DNA of 64,000 bases from an uncultured Spirochaetaceae bacterium (lineage in GTDB: Bacteria; Spirochaetota; Spirochaetia; Sphaerochaetales; Sphaerochaetaceae): contig CALXYI010000032.1 in NCBI GenBank assembly GCA_944392935.1, positions 132 to 64,131 on the forward strand. The letters run 5' to 3'. Shown here in pieces: positions 1 to 6,948 of the stretch. Under the pieces are notes generated by a model. It did no database searches, was not told the DNA's origin, and worked only from the letters and a program-made list of their open reading frames with translations. The position numbers and the translations under genes were made by a program. The stretch's first letter is position 1. Each line of letters opens with the position of its first letter.

Positions 1-511
1 AGAAGAATTGATGTCTGGCATCAACAGGTATACAGAAGCATTGGATCTTCTTGATGATTATGATCATCAATGTATGAAAAGACCGGAAGGGAGCAAGAAT
101 TATGTTCCAATCAGCTATGATGAGTGCAAAACGATAATCAATTCGATGAAGTTTACCCTTTCTTCGGATGTTTTCGGTACTGAGAAGACAGAAGGTGCGT
201 TAGAAGGTATTCTTGGATCTGTCTACCAAACCGCATTTGGACAGGATGTTTATCCTACAGTGGAAGAAAAAGCGGCCTCTTTATTGTATTTTCTTGTGAA
301 GGATCATCCGTTCAATGATGGTTGCAAGAGAATTGGCGCTACGTTGTTTCTTGCATTTCTCCAGAAGAATAGAATGTTATTTACCTCAGCAGGCAAGCAG
401 GTGATTTCCAATGGAGCTCTAGTTGCAATAACGCTGATGATTGCGGAATCAAGACCGGAGGAGAAGGATATTATGGCCACTTTGGTTATGAACCTTCTAA
501 CAAACAGATAA
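1..511 (+). CDS. Fic/DOC (RhuM/Fic/DOC-type) family protein, C-terminal part; 5' end probably outside the window
   Basis: The frame is open back to position 2, with no stop upstream of the listed TTG/ATG at 8-13. It carries a Fic/Doc-type active-site motif, HPFNDGCKRIGATLF (compare HxFx[DE]GN[GK]R; Asn replaced by Cys). GC is about 37-40%, unlike the rest of the window. Confidence 0.7.
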   Translation, partial: EELMSGINRYTEALDLLDDYDHQCMKRPEGSKNYVPISYDECKTIINSMKFTLSSDVFGTEKTEGALEGILGSVYQTAFGQDVYPTVEEKAASLLYFLVKDHPFNDGCKRIGATLFLAFLQKNRMLFTSAGKQVISNGALVAITLMIAESRPEEKDIMATLVMNLLTNR

Positions 512-530
512 AGTTTGTGAGACTTGCCAT

Positions 531-1067
531 ATGCCTGTATCTGTTTTTTTATATCAGGATGGAGTGAAGATACGGAGTTTGAGATACAGGCTTGTAAAAG
601 AAAATGATGCTTCCGCATATCTTGAGTTCTTCCAATCTGCTGCCTCAGAAACAGATAATCTCGCATGCTCTACTAGGGAAGCTGAGTCATTGATAGTGGA
701 AGATGAACGAGATTTTATCAGTAATCTGAATGATTCAAGATCTTTTTCTGTTATTGCTGCAAAAGATGATAGCATATGTGGTTCGTATGATATCCGGATA
801 CAGAACAGAGAACGTCTGAGACATCGTGTAGAGATGGGGATTGCGGTAAGAAGAGAATATTGGGGTCCAGGTGTTGCACAGCACATCCTTGAAGAAGCGA
901 AGAGGCGGGGAATCAGGATAATTTCTCTGACTGTCCGAACTGATAACAAAAGAGCTATAGCCTTCTGCAAAAGAAATGATTTTGAATTTTCTGGTGTGTT
1001 CAGAATGCTGTTCTGCATTGGTGGCAATTATGTTGATGGCGAACAATATGAACTTCTGCTGAAATAG
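531..1067 (+). CDS. GNAT family N-acetyltransferase (RimJ/RimL-like)
   Basis: 178-aa ORF with GNAT-fold signatures in the C-terminal half (RHRVEMGIAVRREYWGPGVAQHILEEA and NKRAIAFCKRNDFEFSG). It starts 19 nt after the Fic/DOC stop and shares its low-GC composition. Confidence 0.75.
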   Translation: MPVSVFLYQDGVKIRSLRYRLVKENDASAYLEFFQSAASETDNLACSTREAESLIVEDERDFISNLNDSRSFSVIAAKDDSICGSYDIRIQNRERLRHRVEMGIAVRREYWGPGVAQHILEEAKRRGIRIISLTVRTDNKRAIAFCKRNDFEFSGVFRMLFCIGGNYVDGEQYELLLK

Positions 1068-1300
1068 AATATGCTTAAGGAAAAGTATGCCAAACATCAA
1101 CAATTCTTTTTAGATCCACACTATCAGGCAAAACTCGATACAATTGGGCGAAACTCCGAGAGGGGTGGCTAAGATTGCCGGTGAAATACAAAGATTGCCG
1201 GAATAAATCCAGAGAGTGTCTGATTTCTAGGCCATTGATGGCCTCTAGGCAATAGCCGGATTCTGACGGGCTGCCTCACAACTCTTTGCATATAAGAAAT

Positions 1301-1330
1301 AAGGAGCGGCTCCTTGGATCACCGCTCCTT
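1301..1330 (-). terminator. Hairpin downstream of tRNA-Val (possible terminator)
   Basis: Inverted repeat AAGGAGCGG (1301-1309) / CCGCTCCTT (1322-1330). On the minus strand it lies about 45 nt after the tRNA 3' end and is followed by ATTTCTTATAT. The U-tract is weak. Confidence 0.45.
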
Positions 1331-1373
1331 GTTTGCTAGGAAAAGGCTTTGTATCACCTTTTGTGTTTGTTGA

Positions 1374-1445
1374 TGGGCGCGATTGGGATTGAACCAACGA
1401 CCCCTACCGTGTGAAGGTAATGCTCTCCCGCTGAGCTACGCGCCC
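1374..1445 (-). tRNA. tRNA-Val (anticodon CAC)
   Basis: The reverse complement GGGCGCGTAGCTCAGCGGGAGAGCATTACCTTCACACGGTAGGGGTCGTTGGTTCAATCCCAATCGCGCCCA folds as a cloverleaf. Acceptor GGGCGCG/CGCGCCC, anticodon stem TTACC/GGTAG, loop TTCACAC, T arm GTTGG-TTCAATC-CCAAT. CCA is not encoded. Confidence 0.9.
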
Positions 1446-1471
1446 TCTGCGTCCGCAATGCGAACAGGAAG

Positions 1472-1500
1472 ATTATGCCCGTAATGGCGGATATTGTAAA
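1472..1500 (-). promoter_or_regulatory. Putative sigma70-type promoter of tRNA-Val
   Basis: On the minus strand: TTTACA (1500-1495), 17-nt spacer, CATAAT (1477-1472). It lies about 25 nt upstream of the tRNA 5' end. Confidence 0.5.
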
Positions 1501-1549
1501 GCGACTGGATGAAAATTCCTTCAGATTCTTCCCTCTTGATGATGATCGG

Positions 1550-2029
1550 CTACGAGAGATGGGTATTCCCGATACCAGCCGGATCAGTCTGAAGCTCCAT
1601 ATAGAGCAGTGGATATGGATTGCCCTGCTCATCAATCTCCGTGCGCCTGCATATATGGAAGCCCATATGCTCATAGAATCCGATTGCCTGCGGATTCTGC
1701 TCATTCACTGCCAGCCTGCGGACTCCGGATTCCTCGATGCCGTATCGCAGCAAACGCCTTCCGAGTCCTTTGCCGCGTTCCTTCGGTGCAATGAACAGCA
1801 TTTCCAATGTACCATTCCCTGTTCCCATGAATGCAGCAGGATTGCCTCTTTCATCGACAGCTATCACCAGATCAGGAACATCCATGAGGGCCTGCGGGAC
1901 GTATTCCTTTATCTTCAGGATCTCGCTATCAGACAAGAACAGGTGAGTGGCTCTCACTGAAGCCTCCCAGACTGCAAGCAGCTGCCCGATGAGTTCCGGA
2001 GTCCTTTCCTTTGCTTCCATTATCCTCAT
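1550..2029 (-). CDS. GNAT family acetyltransferase, YjaB-like
   Basis: ORF 1550..2080, with the start moved to the ATG at 2029 (MRIMEAKERTPE...). It is collinear with YjaB-type GNATs: WEASVRATHLFLS, LFIAPKERGKGLGRRLL, VNEQNPQAIGFYEHMGF, GNPYPLL. Confidence 0.8.
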   Translation of the reverse strand: MRIMEAKERTPELIGQLLAVWEASVRATHLFLSDSEILKIKEYVPQALMDVPDLVIAVDERGNPAAFMGTGNGTLEMLFIAPKERGKGLGRRLLRYGIEESGVRRLAVNEQNPQAIGFYEHMGFHICRRTEIDEQGNPYPLLYMELQTDPAGIGNTHLS

Positions 2030-2307
2030 GCAGATAGTGTAGACGAACACGTCTGCGAGTAGAAGGGGCAGGAAGTCCAAATGCTATATCTGCAATCTCA
2101 ATCCCGTATAAACCATATGCTTCATCATCTGGGAAGAAGCACATCCGGCATGAATGCTTTTGCAGTTATTGTCTTTGCATAATTTTGGATTATATTCCGA
2201 AATCACAATTATAATCTGAATCATAATTATTTTTTATTCTTGCAAACCTGCTTCATCGGGAATTCTCCGATGGATTTCCCTCATATTCCCCTGATAGCCT
2301 TCTCCTC

Positions 2308-2335
2308 TTGCAAATCTGCCCCCCCCCAGTATACT
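2308..2335 (+). promoter_or_regulatory. Putative promoter with a C9 homopolymer in the -35/-10 spacer
   Basis: TTGCAA (2308-2313), 16-nt spacer ATCTG-CCCCCCCCC-AG, TATACT (2330-2335). The C9 tract is at 2319-2327. The ATG at 2375 follows 39 nt downstream. Confidence 0.55.
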
Positions 2336-2374
2336 TGCAGCGGCACATCAAATCGAATCAGGAGGATTTGGAAA

Positions 2375-3133
2375 ATGAAATTCAGAAATGCATGTCTGCT
2401 GCTGTTGCTTCTCCCGATGATCATCGTATCCGGGATTTCCTGCAGCGATTCCGGTAATGGCGGAGCGGGCGGGGATGCCTCAGAAGCTGAGATCATCGAG
2501 GCAATCGAGGATGCCCTTGGCGGAATGAGCGTTATCCAATCTGCATTTGGCAGCAGCGGAGGAAGCATGCCCCCGTCTGGAGGAATGGCAGCTCAGCCGA
2601 AGTCCGCAGCTATCCTGGATGGAATGAACCTGTCAGACATCATCAAGGATCTGAGCAGCAAAGACGGAAGCTTCATGACTGAGCTCAATGCAGCGATAGA
2701 CAAGATGTCTCAGGGTACTGATCCAACGCCATTTACAGAGCAAACTGATTACGGTGAATTCAAAGTGAAGATGGATATGATGGCAGGGGCAACCGGAACT
2801 CAGCCTATGACTATATCCAATGTCGTCATTTCCGTAGGAGACACCCTGATGCTTGAGATACCCGACGGAACGATTTCAACTGGAAGCACCACTGTTCAGG
2901 ACTGGCATTTCCGCTATACAGACAAGAGGGAATACAGCGGATATCTTGTTGAATTCGATGCAAGGATGGAAATAACCGCATCAATGGGCCCGGATGCTTC
3001 ACCATCAGCCCCTGCAATGGAAAGCACCCTCTCGGATCTCAAGTACAAAGGAACTCCGCGTGAGGTAACGGATAACATAAACAGCGCCACTGCGGAGATG
3101 CTGGAGACGATCATTCTCGGCAAGACGAATTGA
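2375..3133 (+). CDS. Putative lipoprotein, function unknown
   Basis: ORF 2240..3133, with the start moved to ATG 2375 behind GGAGGA (2361-2366). The N-terminus MKFRNACLLLLLLPMIIVSGISC is a signal peptide with a lipobox-like Cys. The mature part is G/S/A/T/D-rich and I recognise no domain. Confidence 0.75.
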   Translation: MKFRNACLLLLLLPMIIVSGISCSDSGNGGAGGDASEAEIIEAIEDALGGMSVIQSAFGSSGGSMPPSGGMAAQPKSAAILDGMNLSDIIKDLSSKDGSFMTELNAAIDKMSQGTDPTPFTEQTDYGEFKVKMDMMAGATGTQPMTISNVVISVGDTLMLEIPDGTISTGSTTVQDWHFRYTDKREYSGYLVEFDARMEITASMGPDASPSAPAMESTLSDLKYKGTPREVTDNINSATAEMLETIILGKTN

Positions 3134-3249
3134 GACAGGACCGGAATACCTGGCAATCAAGCATGCCCCTGGACCGTTGATGTGTCTGGGGGCTTTCGTA
3201 TTAAAAAAGAGGATAGATAACAATCCGAGAGCCTTCTTATGGGTGAATC

Positions 3250-3290
3250 CCCTCCCTTTCATAATATTTCCTTCCTAAAGGGAGGGTATT
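3250..3290 (+). terminator. Hairpin after the first lipoprotein gene (probable terminator)
   Basis: Perfect 10-bp inverted repeat CCCTCCCTTT (3250-3259) / AAAGGGAGGG (3277-3286), followed by TATTTCTT. It sits immediately upstream of the next promoter. Confidence 0.5.
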
Positions 3291-3292
3291 TC

Positions 3293-3322
3293 TTGACAAG
3301 ATGCTACGGGGGGGGGTATTCT
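3293..3322 (+). promoter_or_regulatory. Putative promoter with a G9 homopolymer in the -35/-10 spacer
   Basis: TTGACA (3293-3298), 18-nt spacer AGATGCTAC-GGGGGGGGG, TATTCT (3317-3322). The G9 tract at 3308-3316 abuts the -10 element. The ATG at 3356 follows 33 nt downstream. Confidence 0.55.
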
Positions 3323-3355
3323 TACTTCAGATTTCAATATCTGGAGGATTTGAAA

Positions 3356-4096
3356 ATGAAGAAAATTCTTATGGTTCTTCTTGCTGCTATGGTCGTATTC
3401 GGCTTCACAGCATGTGATGAAAGCACACCGGCTCCAAGTGACGTGAAGACATCTGAAGTTGTTGCTTATTTCAACAACTTCGCAACAAAGCATATCTTCG
3501 GAGAGATCAACACTGCACTTAATGCAGAAAACAAGTCTACGGATGAGATAAGCAATCTTTCAGCTGTTTTTACAGAGGCTGTTACAGATGATCCGGATAC
3601 AGATGATGTAAATGAGGCGGCTCCTGCGAAAATCGTGTTCACCTATACTGCAACGGACATGAGGTACAATGGAGAGATTGAAGAGGGTGGTACAGATAAG
3701 ACCAACCATCGTCTTGTCAATGGAAACATAACCCTTACAGTAACTGGTACAGTTTCTGGCGAGACTAAATTCACCGCTAAGGATTTTACATTTGCCGGTA
3801 CGGACCTCAGGCTCACCGATGCCCAGACTGGAAAGGATTATGAAACACTTCCTGTCCTGACTGTCGATATCAAGGATTTCGCAGTTGATTTCGTAGCAGG
3901 CAAGGAAGCAGATATCACGCTTGAGAAGGAGGGTACGGGGGATGATGCTGTGCTAGCTCCTGTAGCTATTGAGGAACTTAAGGCGAATTCAGCTGATCTT
4001 GCTCAGGCTACTGGCAGCGTTGTCGTGAAGCCGAACAACATCTCATATGATTTCTCTCAGATAGTCGCGCTCATTGCGGCTGCACAGCAGCAGTGA
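3356..4096 (+). CDS. Putative lipoprotein, function unknown
   Basis: ORF 3239..4096, with the start moved to ATG 3356 behind GGAGGA (3343-3348). The N-terminus MKKILMVLLAAMVVFGFTAC is a signal peptide plus lipobox Cys. The mature part is T/D/E-rich, and GC is about 43-48%, lower than neighbouring core genes. Confidence 0.8.
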   Translation: MKKILMVLLAAMVVFGFTACDESTPAPSDVKTSEVVAYFNNFATKHIFGEINTALNAENKSTDEISNLSAVFTEAVTDDPDTDDVNEAAPAKIVFTYTATDMRYNGEIEEGGTDKTNHRLVNGNITLTVTGTVSGETKFTAKDFTFAGTDLRLTDAQTGKDYETLPVLTVDIKDFAVDFVAGKEADITLEKEGTGDDAVLAPVAIEELKANSADLAQATGSVVVKPNNISYDFSQIVALIAAAQQQ

Positions 4097-4121
4097 CTGC
4101 TGGCTGAGTGATTTCAGCGAT

Positions 4122-4149
4122 AAGGCCTCTCCGCACGGGGAGGCCTTTT
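4122..4149 (+). terminator. Rho-independent terminator
   Basis: 11-bp stem AAGGCCTCTCC / GGGGAGGCCTT (one G-U pair), loop GCAC, followed by TTTT. It lies 26 nt after the lipoprotein stop. Confidence 0.7.
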
Positions 4150-4169
4150 GAGAAAGCTGGGGAGTGTGC

Positions 4170-4370
4170 ATGGACGGAGTGAAGATGCGAAGGACACGCG
4201 TTCCTCAGGATAAGCGGATCGAGTGCCTCCAGTACTTCAAGGGCGGGCATGGATACAAGTTCGCTGCCAGCAGGACTGGGCTGAGCCGCTATACTGTCAG
4301 GGATTACCTCAGGAGCTATAAGGCCGGGGATATCACCTGGGCAGAACGCGAGGATATCTATCAGAAGTGA
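4170..4370 (+). CDS. Small helix-turn-helix protein (transposase-type HTH-like), possibly an orphan remnant
   Basis: About 66 aa. RIECLQYFKGGHGYKFAASRTGLSRYTVRDYLRSY looks like the N-terminal HTH of IS-family transposases or resolvase-like proteins. GGAG lies 6 nt upstream of ATG 4170. There is no catalytic domain downstream. Confidence 0.45.
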   Translation: MDGVKMRRTRVPQDKRIECLQYFKGGHGYKFAASRTGLSRYTVRDYLRSYKAGDITWAEREDIYQK

Positions 4371-4404
4371 GAGGCTTCCATGCGGGAGCCTCTCATATCA
4401 TAAT

Positions 4405-4911
4405 ATGGACATGAGGATTTCACTGGTATGCTGGAGCCTTACCGGGCATACGGCCGAGATGGCCGGAGAGATCGGGAAGGGAATCGAGGAAGCTGGGGCG
4501 GAGTACCGTATCTTCAACCTGAGGGAAGGGGAGGCAGACGCGGAATATGTCTCGTCTTCGTCCGGGCTCATCATAGGCACTCCTGTCTATCTTGCTTCCG
4601 GCGTGTGGCAGATACATAAATGGCTTGGTGAGGATTCTGCCGGAATCAATCTGTCAGGCAAGCTCGGCGGTGCGTTCGCAACGGCGCATTTCGCCCAGGG
4701 CGGTGCTGATACCGCCATCATGGATATCCTTGGCATGATGCTTGTCAAGGGAATGCTCGTTTACTCCGGCGGCGGGAGCTATGGGCTCCCATTCATCCAT
4801 CATGGGCCTGTCGCCCTGGACAAGGTCGGCGATCATTATGATGAGAGCCGCAGTGCGTTCCGCATCTTCGGATCACGCTTCGCGGGCAAGGCAAGGGAAC
4901 TCTTCAGCTGA
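4405..4911 (+). CDS. Flavodoxin family protein
   Basis: N-terminal FMN-phosphate loop WSLTGHTAEMA and the typical flavodoxin-like layout (IIGTPVY..., GGAFATA...). 168 aa. Confidence 0.8.
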   Translation: MDMRISLVCWSLTGHTAEMAGEIGKGIEEAGAEYRIFNLREGEADAEYVSSSSGLIIGTPVYLASGVWQIHKWLGEDSAGINLSGKLGGAFATAHFAQGGADTAIMDILGMMLVKGMLVYSGGGSYGLPFIHHGPVALDKVGDHYDESRSAFRIFGSRFAGKARELFS

Positions 4912-5281
4912 GGAGGCGCAGCGCCTCTGCCATATCCCGCCTGACCTGGTCCCTCACTTCCCCGAGGTCCTTCATCCTGTGGGCTGATCTCAGGAAGTAC
5001 ATTACGGAAAGAGTCATCCTCTCCCCGTAGATATCCTTGTCGAAGCCATGGATGTTCGTCTCTATCGTGAAGCGCCTGTCATTGTCTACAGTGGGCCGTG
5101 CCCCGATGTTCGTCACGCCTATGAAGACACCTTCAGGGAGGTATACGCGTGATGCATATACCCCCTCCGATGGTATGACGGAATCCCTGTCCGGCTGCAG
5201 ATTGGCTGTCGGCATACCCACCGTACGGCCAAGCCCCTTGCCATGGACTATCGTTCCCGTTATCTCGGCAATCGGCTCCAT
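4904..5281 (-). CDS. Riboflavin kinase, stand-alone (no FAD-synthetase domain)
   Basis: 125 aa matching the RibF C-terminal kinase domain (GKGLGRTVGMPTANL..., GVTNIGARPTV..., IETNIHGFDKDIYGE...). TGATG overlap with the upstream gene. Confidence 0.8.
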   Translation of the reverse strand: MEPIAEITGTIVHGKGLGRTVGMPTANLQPDRDSVIPSEGVYASRVYLPEGVFIGVTNIGARPTVDNDRRFTIETNIHGFDKDIYGERMTLSVMYFLRSAHRMKDLGEVRDQVRRDMAEALRLLS

Positions 5282-5688
5282 CAGAATGCAACGGACTCGT
5301 CAGGCGCCGTGAAGGATGAGAAGACGGCGGTAGCATCCTTGAGGTAGAACACCTCGGTATTGCCGTCATCCTCGTCGTACATGCTCCTGAGCTCCGGGTA
5401 GGCATCAAGCATGCTCTTCCTGGCTTCCCTCCTGTCATCCTCAACAGCCTCTGCAGCTATGCGGAGCCATTTCCCGTCATGGAAGGCGCAGATCTCGATC
5501 CTCGGATTCGCATGCAGCTGCCTCGATACCGATTTCTTCTTCCCTGTCTGGATATATATCCTGCCATCAAAGAGATTCACCGTTCCGAACGGCCTTACGC
5601 GCGGCTGCCCGTTGTCATCGGTTGCAAGATAGTATGTTCCGGCCTTCTTGAGGAATGAAAGCACATCACCAGCTCTCTTCATGATCAC
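5281..5688 (-). CDS. Pyridoxamine 5'-phosphate oxidase family (FMN-binding split-barrel) protein
   Basis: 135 aa with YYLATDDNGQPRVRPFG... and IYIQTGKKKSVSRQLHANPRIEICAF, typical of the small PNPOx-like family. Confidence 0.8.
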   Translation of the reverse strand: MIMKRAGDVLSFLKKAGTYYLATDDNGQPRVRPFGTVNLFDGRIYIQTGKKKSVSRQLHANPRIEICAFHDGKWLRIAAEAVEDDRREARKSMLDAYPELRSMYDEDDGNTEVFYLKDATAVFSSFTAPDESVAF

Positions 5689-5815
5689 CTCCGCAATGAT
5701 GATAGCTGTTTTCTTCCTTTTCGTGTATCTTCCGCCCGCTTTCTGCTACGTGGCATGCGATGATCCAGGATTTTGTATTTTGTATCCAATTTTCAGCTTC
5801 TTCATCCCAAACCGC

Positions 5816-5843
5816 TTCACAAAGCCTTAACCTCTGGTATACT
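5816..5843 (+). promoter_or_regulatory. Putative promoter of the BMP/ABC operon
   Basis: TTCACA (5816-5821), 16-nt spacer, TATACT (5838-5843) with an extended TGn. A tandem TTTGTAT TTTGTAT repeat sits at about 5772-5786 upstream. Confidence 0.45.
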
Positions 5844-5873
5844 GAAGCCACAGATTACGATAAGGAGAGAAAC

Positions 5874-6899
5874 ATGAAGAAGCTTCTTGTACTTGCTCTG
5901 GTTCTTATCCTCCCGTTCATGGCATTCGCCCAGGGTGGAGGAGAGACTGCGGACGATGATACCTTCAGGATCGCACTCATCATCGAGAACACTATCGATG
6001 ATAAAGGCTGGTGCCAGTCCATGCATGATGGTATCACTCAGGCGATTGCTGAAATGCCCGACATGAAGATCGAGTATTCGTACAATGAGAAGATGCTCCC
6101 AGTTGATGCCGGATCGATCGCACGCCAGTATGTTGCGGAAGGCTATGATCTGATCATCGCGCATGGTGCTCAGTACAAGAACCTGATTCTTGAGATAGCT
6201 GAGGAGTATCCTGATGTATCATTCGCATTCGGAACATCATCCGAGATCGGACCGGCGAATGTATTCACGTACATGCCTGAATCAGAGGAGACAGGATACA
6301 TCAATGGCATCATCGCAGGAACGGTGACCAGGGATGATATCGTTGGCCTTGTCGGTCCTGTTGATTCCGGCGATGCAGCGCGCTACAACCGCGGCTATGT
6401 GCTCGGTGTGCAGTCCGTGAATCCTGATGCGAAGATCCTTGTTGCCCATACAGGATCCTTCTCCGACTACGTGAAGTCCTCCGAAGTCGCGACATCCCAG
6501 CTCGGAAATGGAGCTGATGTTCTCACCGGATCGTCACAGCAGGCCATCGGTGCTCTCAGGGCCACGGCTGAGTCCCCGACAGCGATGTGGGTCGGACAGG
6601 ATCTTGCGCAGCTGACGACAGCCGAGGGCCAGGCGAAGTGCATCGCGGCATCGGCATACAACTATGCTGCAGTCGTGAAGGAGCTTGTCGCGAAGATCAC
6701 TGCCGGAACGCTCGGAGGTGAGTGCATCCCGATGAACTTCGCGAACGGCGGCTTCGTATTCGATTACAACCCCGCCCTCAAGGCAGAATGGGTGACACCG
6801 GAGCTTGAGGCAGAGGTGCAGACGGCTATCGATTCCTTCATTGCCGATCCTGACGGAACGCTTGCCAACTGGGCGGATGTGGATTACTCCACACTCTGA
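5874..6899 (+). CDS. BMP family (Med/PnrA/TmpC-like) ABC transporter substrate-binding protein
   Basis: Start moved to ATG 5874 behind AAGGAGAG. Signal peptide MKKLLVLALVLILPFMAFA with no Cys. BMP-family body (FRIALIIENTIDDKGW..., GYDLIIAHG...). Confidence 0.9.
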   Translation: MKKLLVLALVLILPFMAFAQGGGETADDDTFRIALIIENTIDDKGWCQSMHDGITQAIAEMPDMKIEYSYNEKMLPVDAGSIARQYVAEGYDLIIAHGAQYKNLILEIAEEYPDVSFAFGTSSEIGPANVFTYMPESEETGYINGIIAGTVTRDDIVGLVGPVDSGDAARYNRGYVLGVQSVNPDAKILVAHTGSFSDYVKSSEVATSQLGNGADVLTGSSQQAIGALRATAESPTAMWVGQDLAQLTTAEGQAKCIAASAYNYAAVVKELVAKITAGTLGGECIPMNFANGGFVFDYNPALKAEWVTPELEAEVQTAIDSFIADPDGTLANWADVDYSTL

Positions 6900-6948
6900 G
6901 TATCGATGACATGAGGCAGGGTATCCACCCTGCCTTGCTTTTCTGGCT

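Noticed and set aside
1071-1172. 33-codon ORF MLKEKYAKHQQFFLDPHYQAKLDTIGRNSERGG after the GNAT gene.
   Set aside because: It is too short, has no RBS and has no recognisable family. It could be a gene fragment within the island remnant, but this cannot be supported from sequence alone.
2240-2374. N-terminal extensions of the two lipoprotein ORFs (TTG 2240 and ATG 3239) as listed in the six-frame track.
   Set aside because: The extensions would bury the signal peptides internally, they lack an RBS, and they would place the homopolymer tracts and promoter hexamers inside coding sequence. The internal ATGs at 2375 and 3356 have GGAGGA at ideal spacing and yield canonical signal peptide plus lipobox N-termini. 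If the extensions were real, the tracts would cause frameshift-type rather than promoter-type phase variation. That would be an alternative mechanism with the same phenotype.
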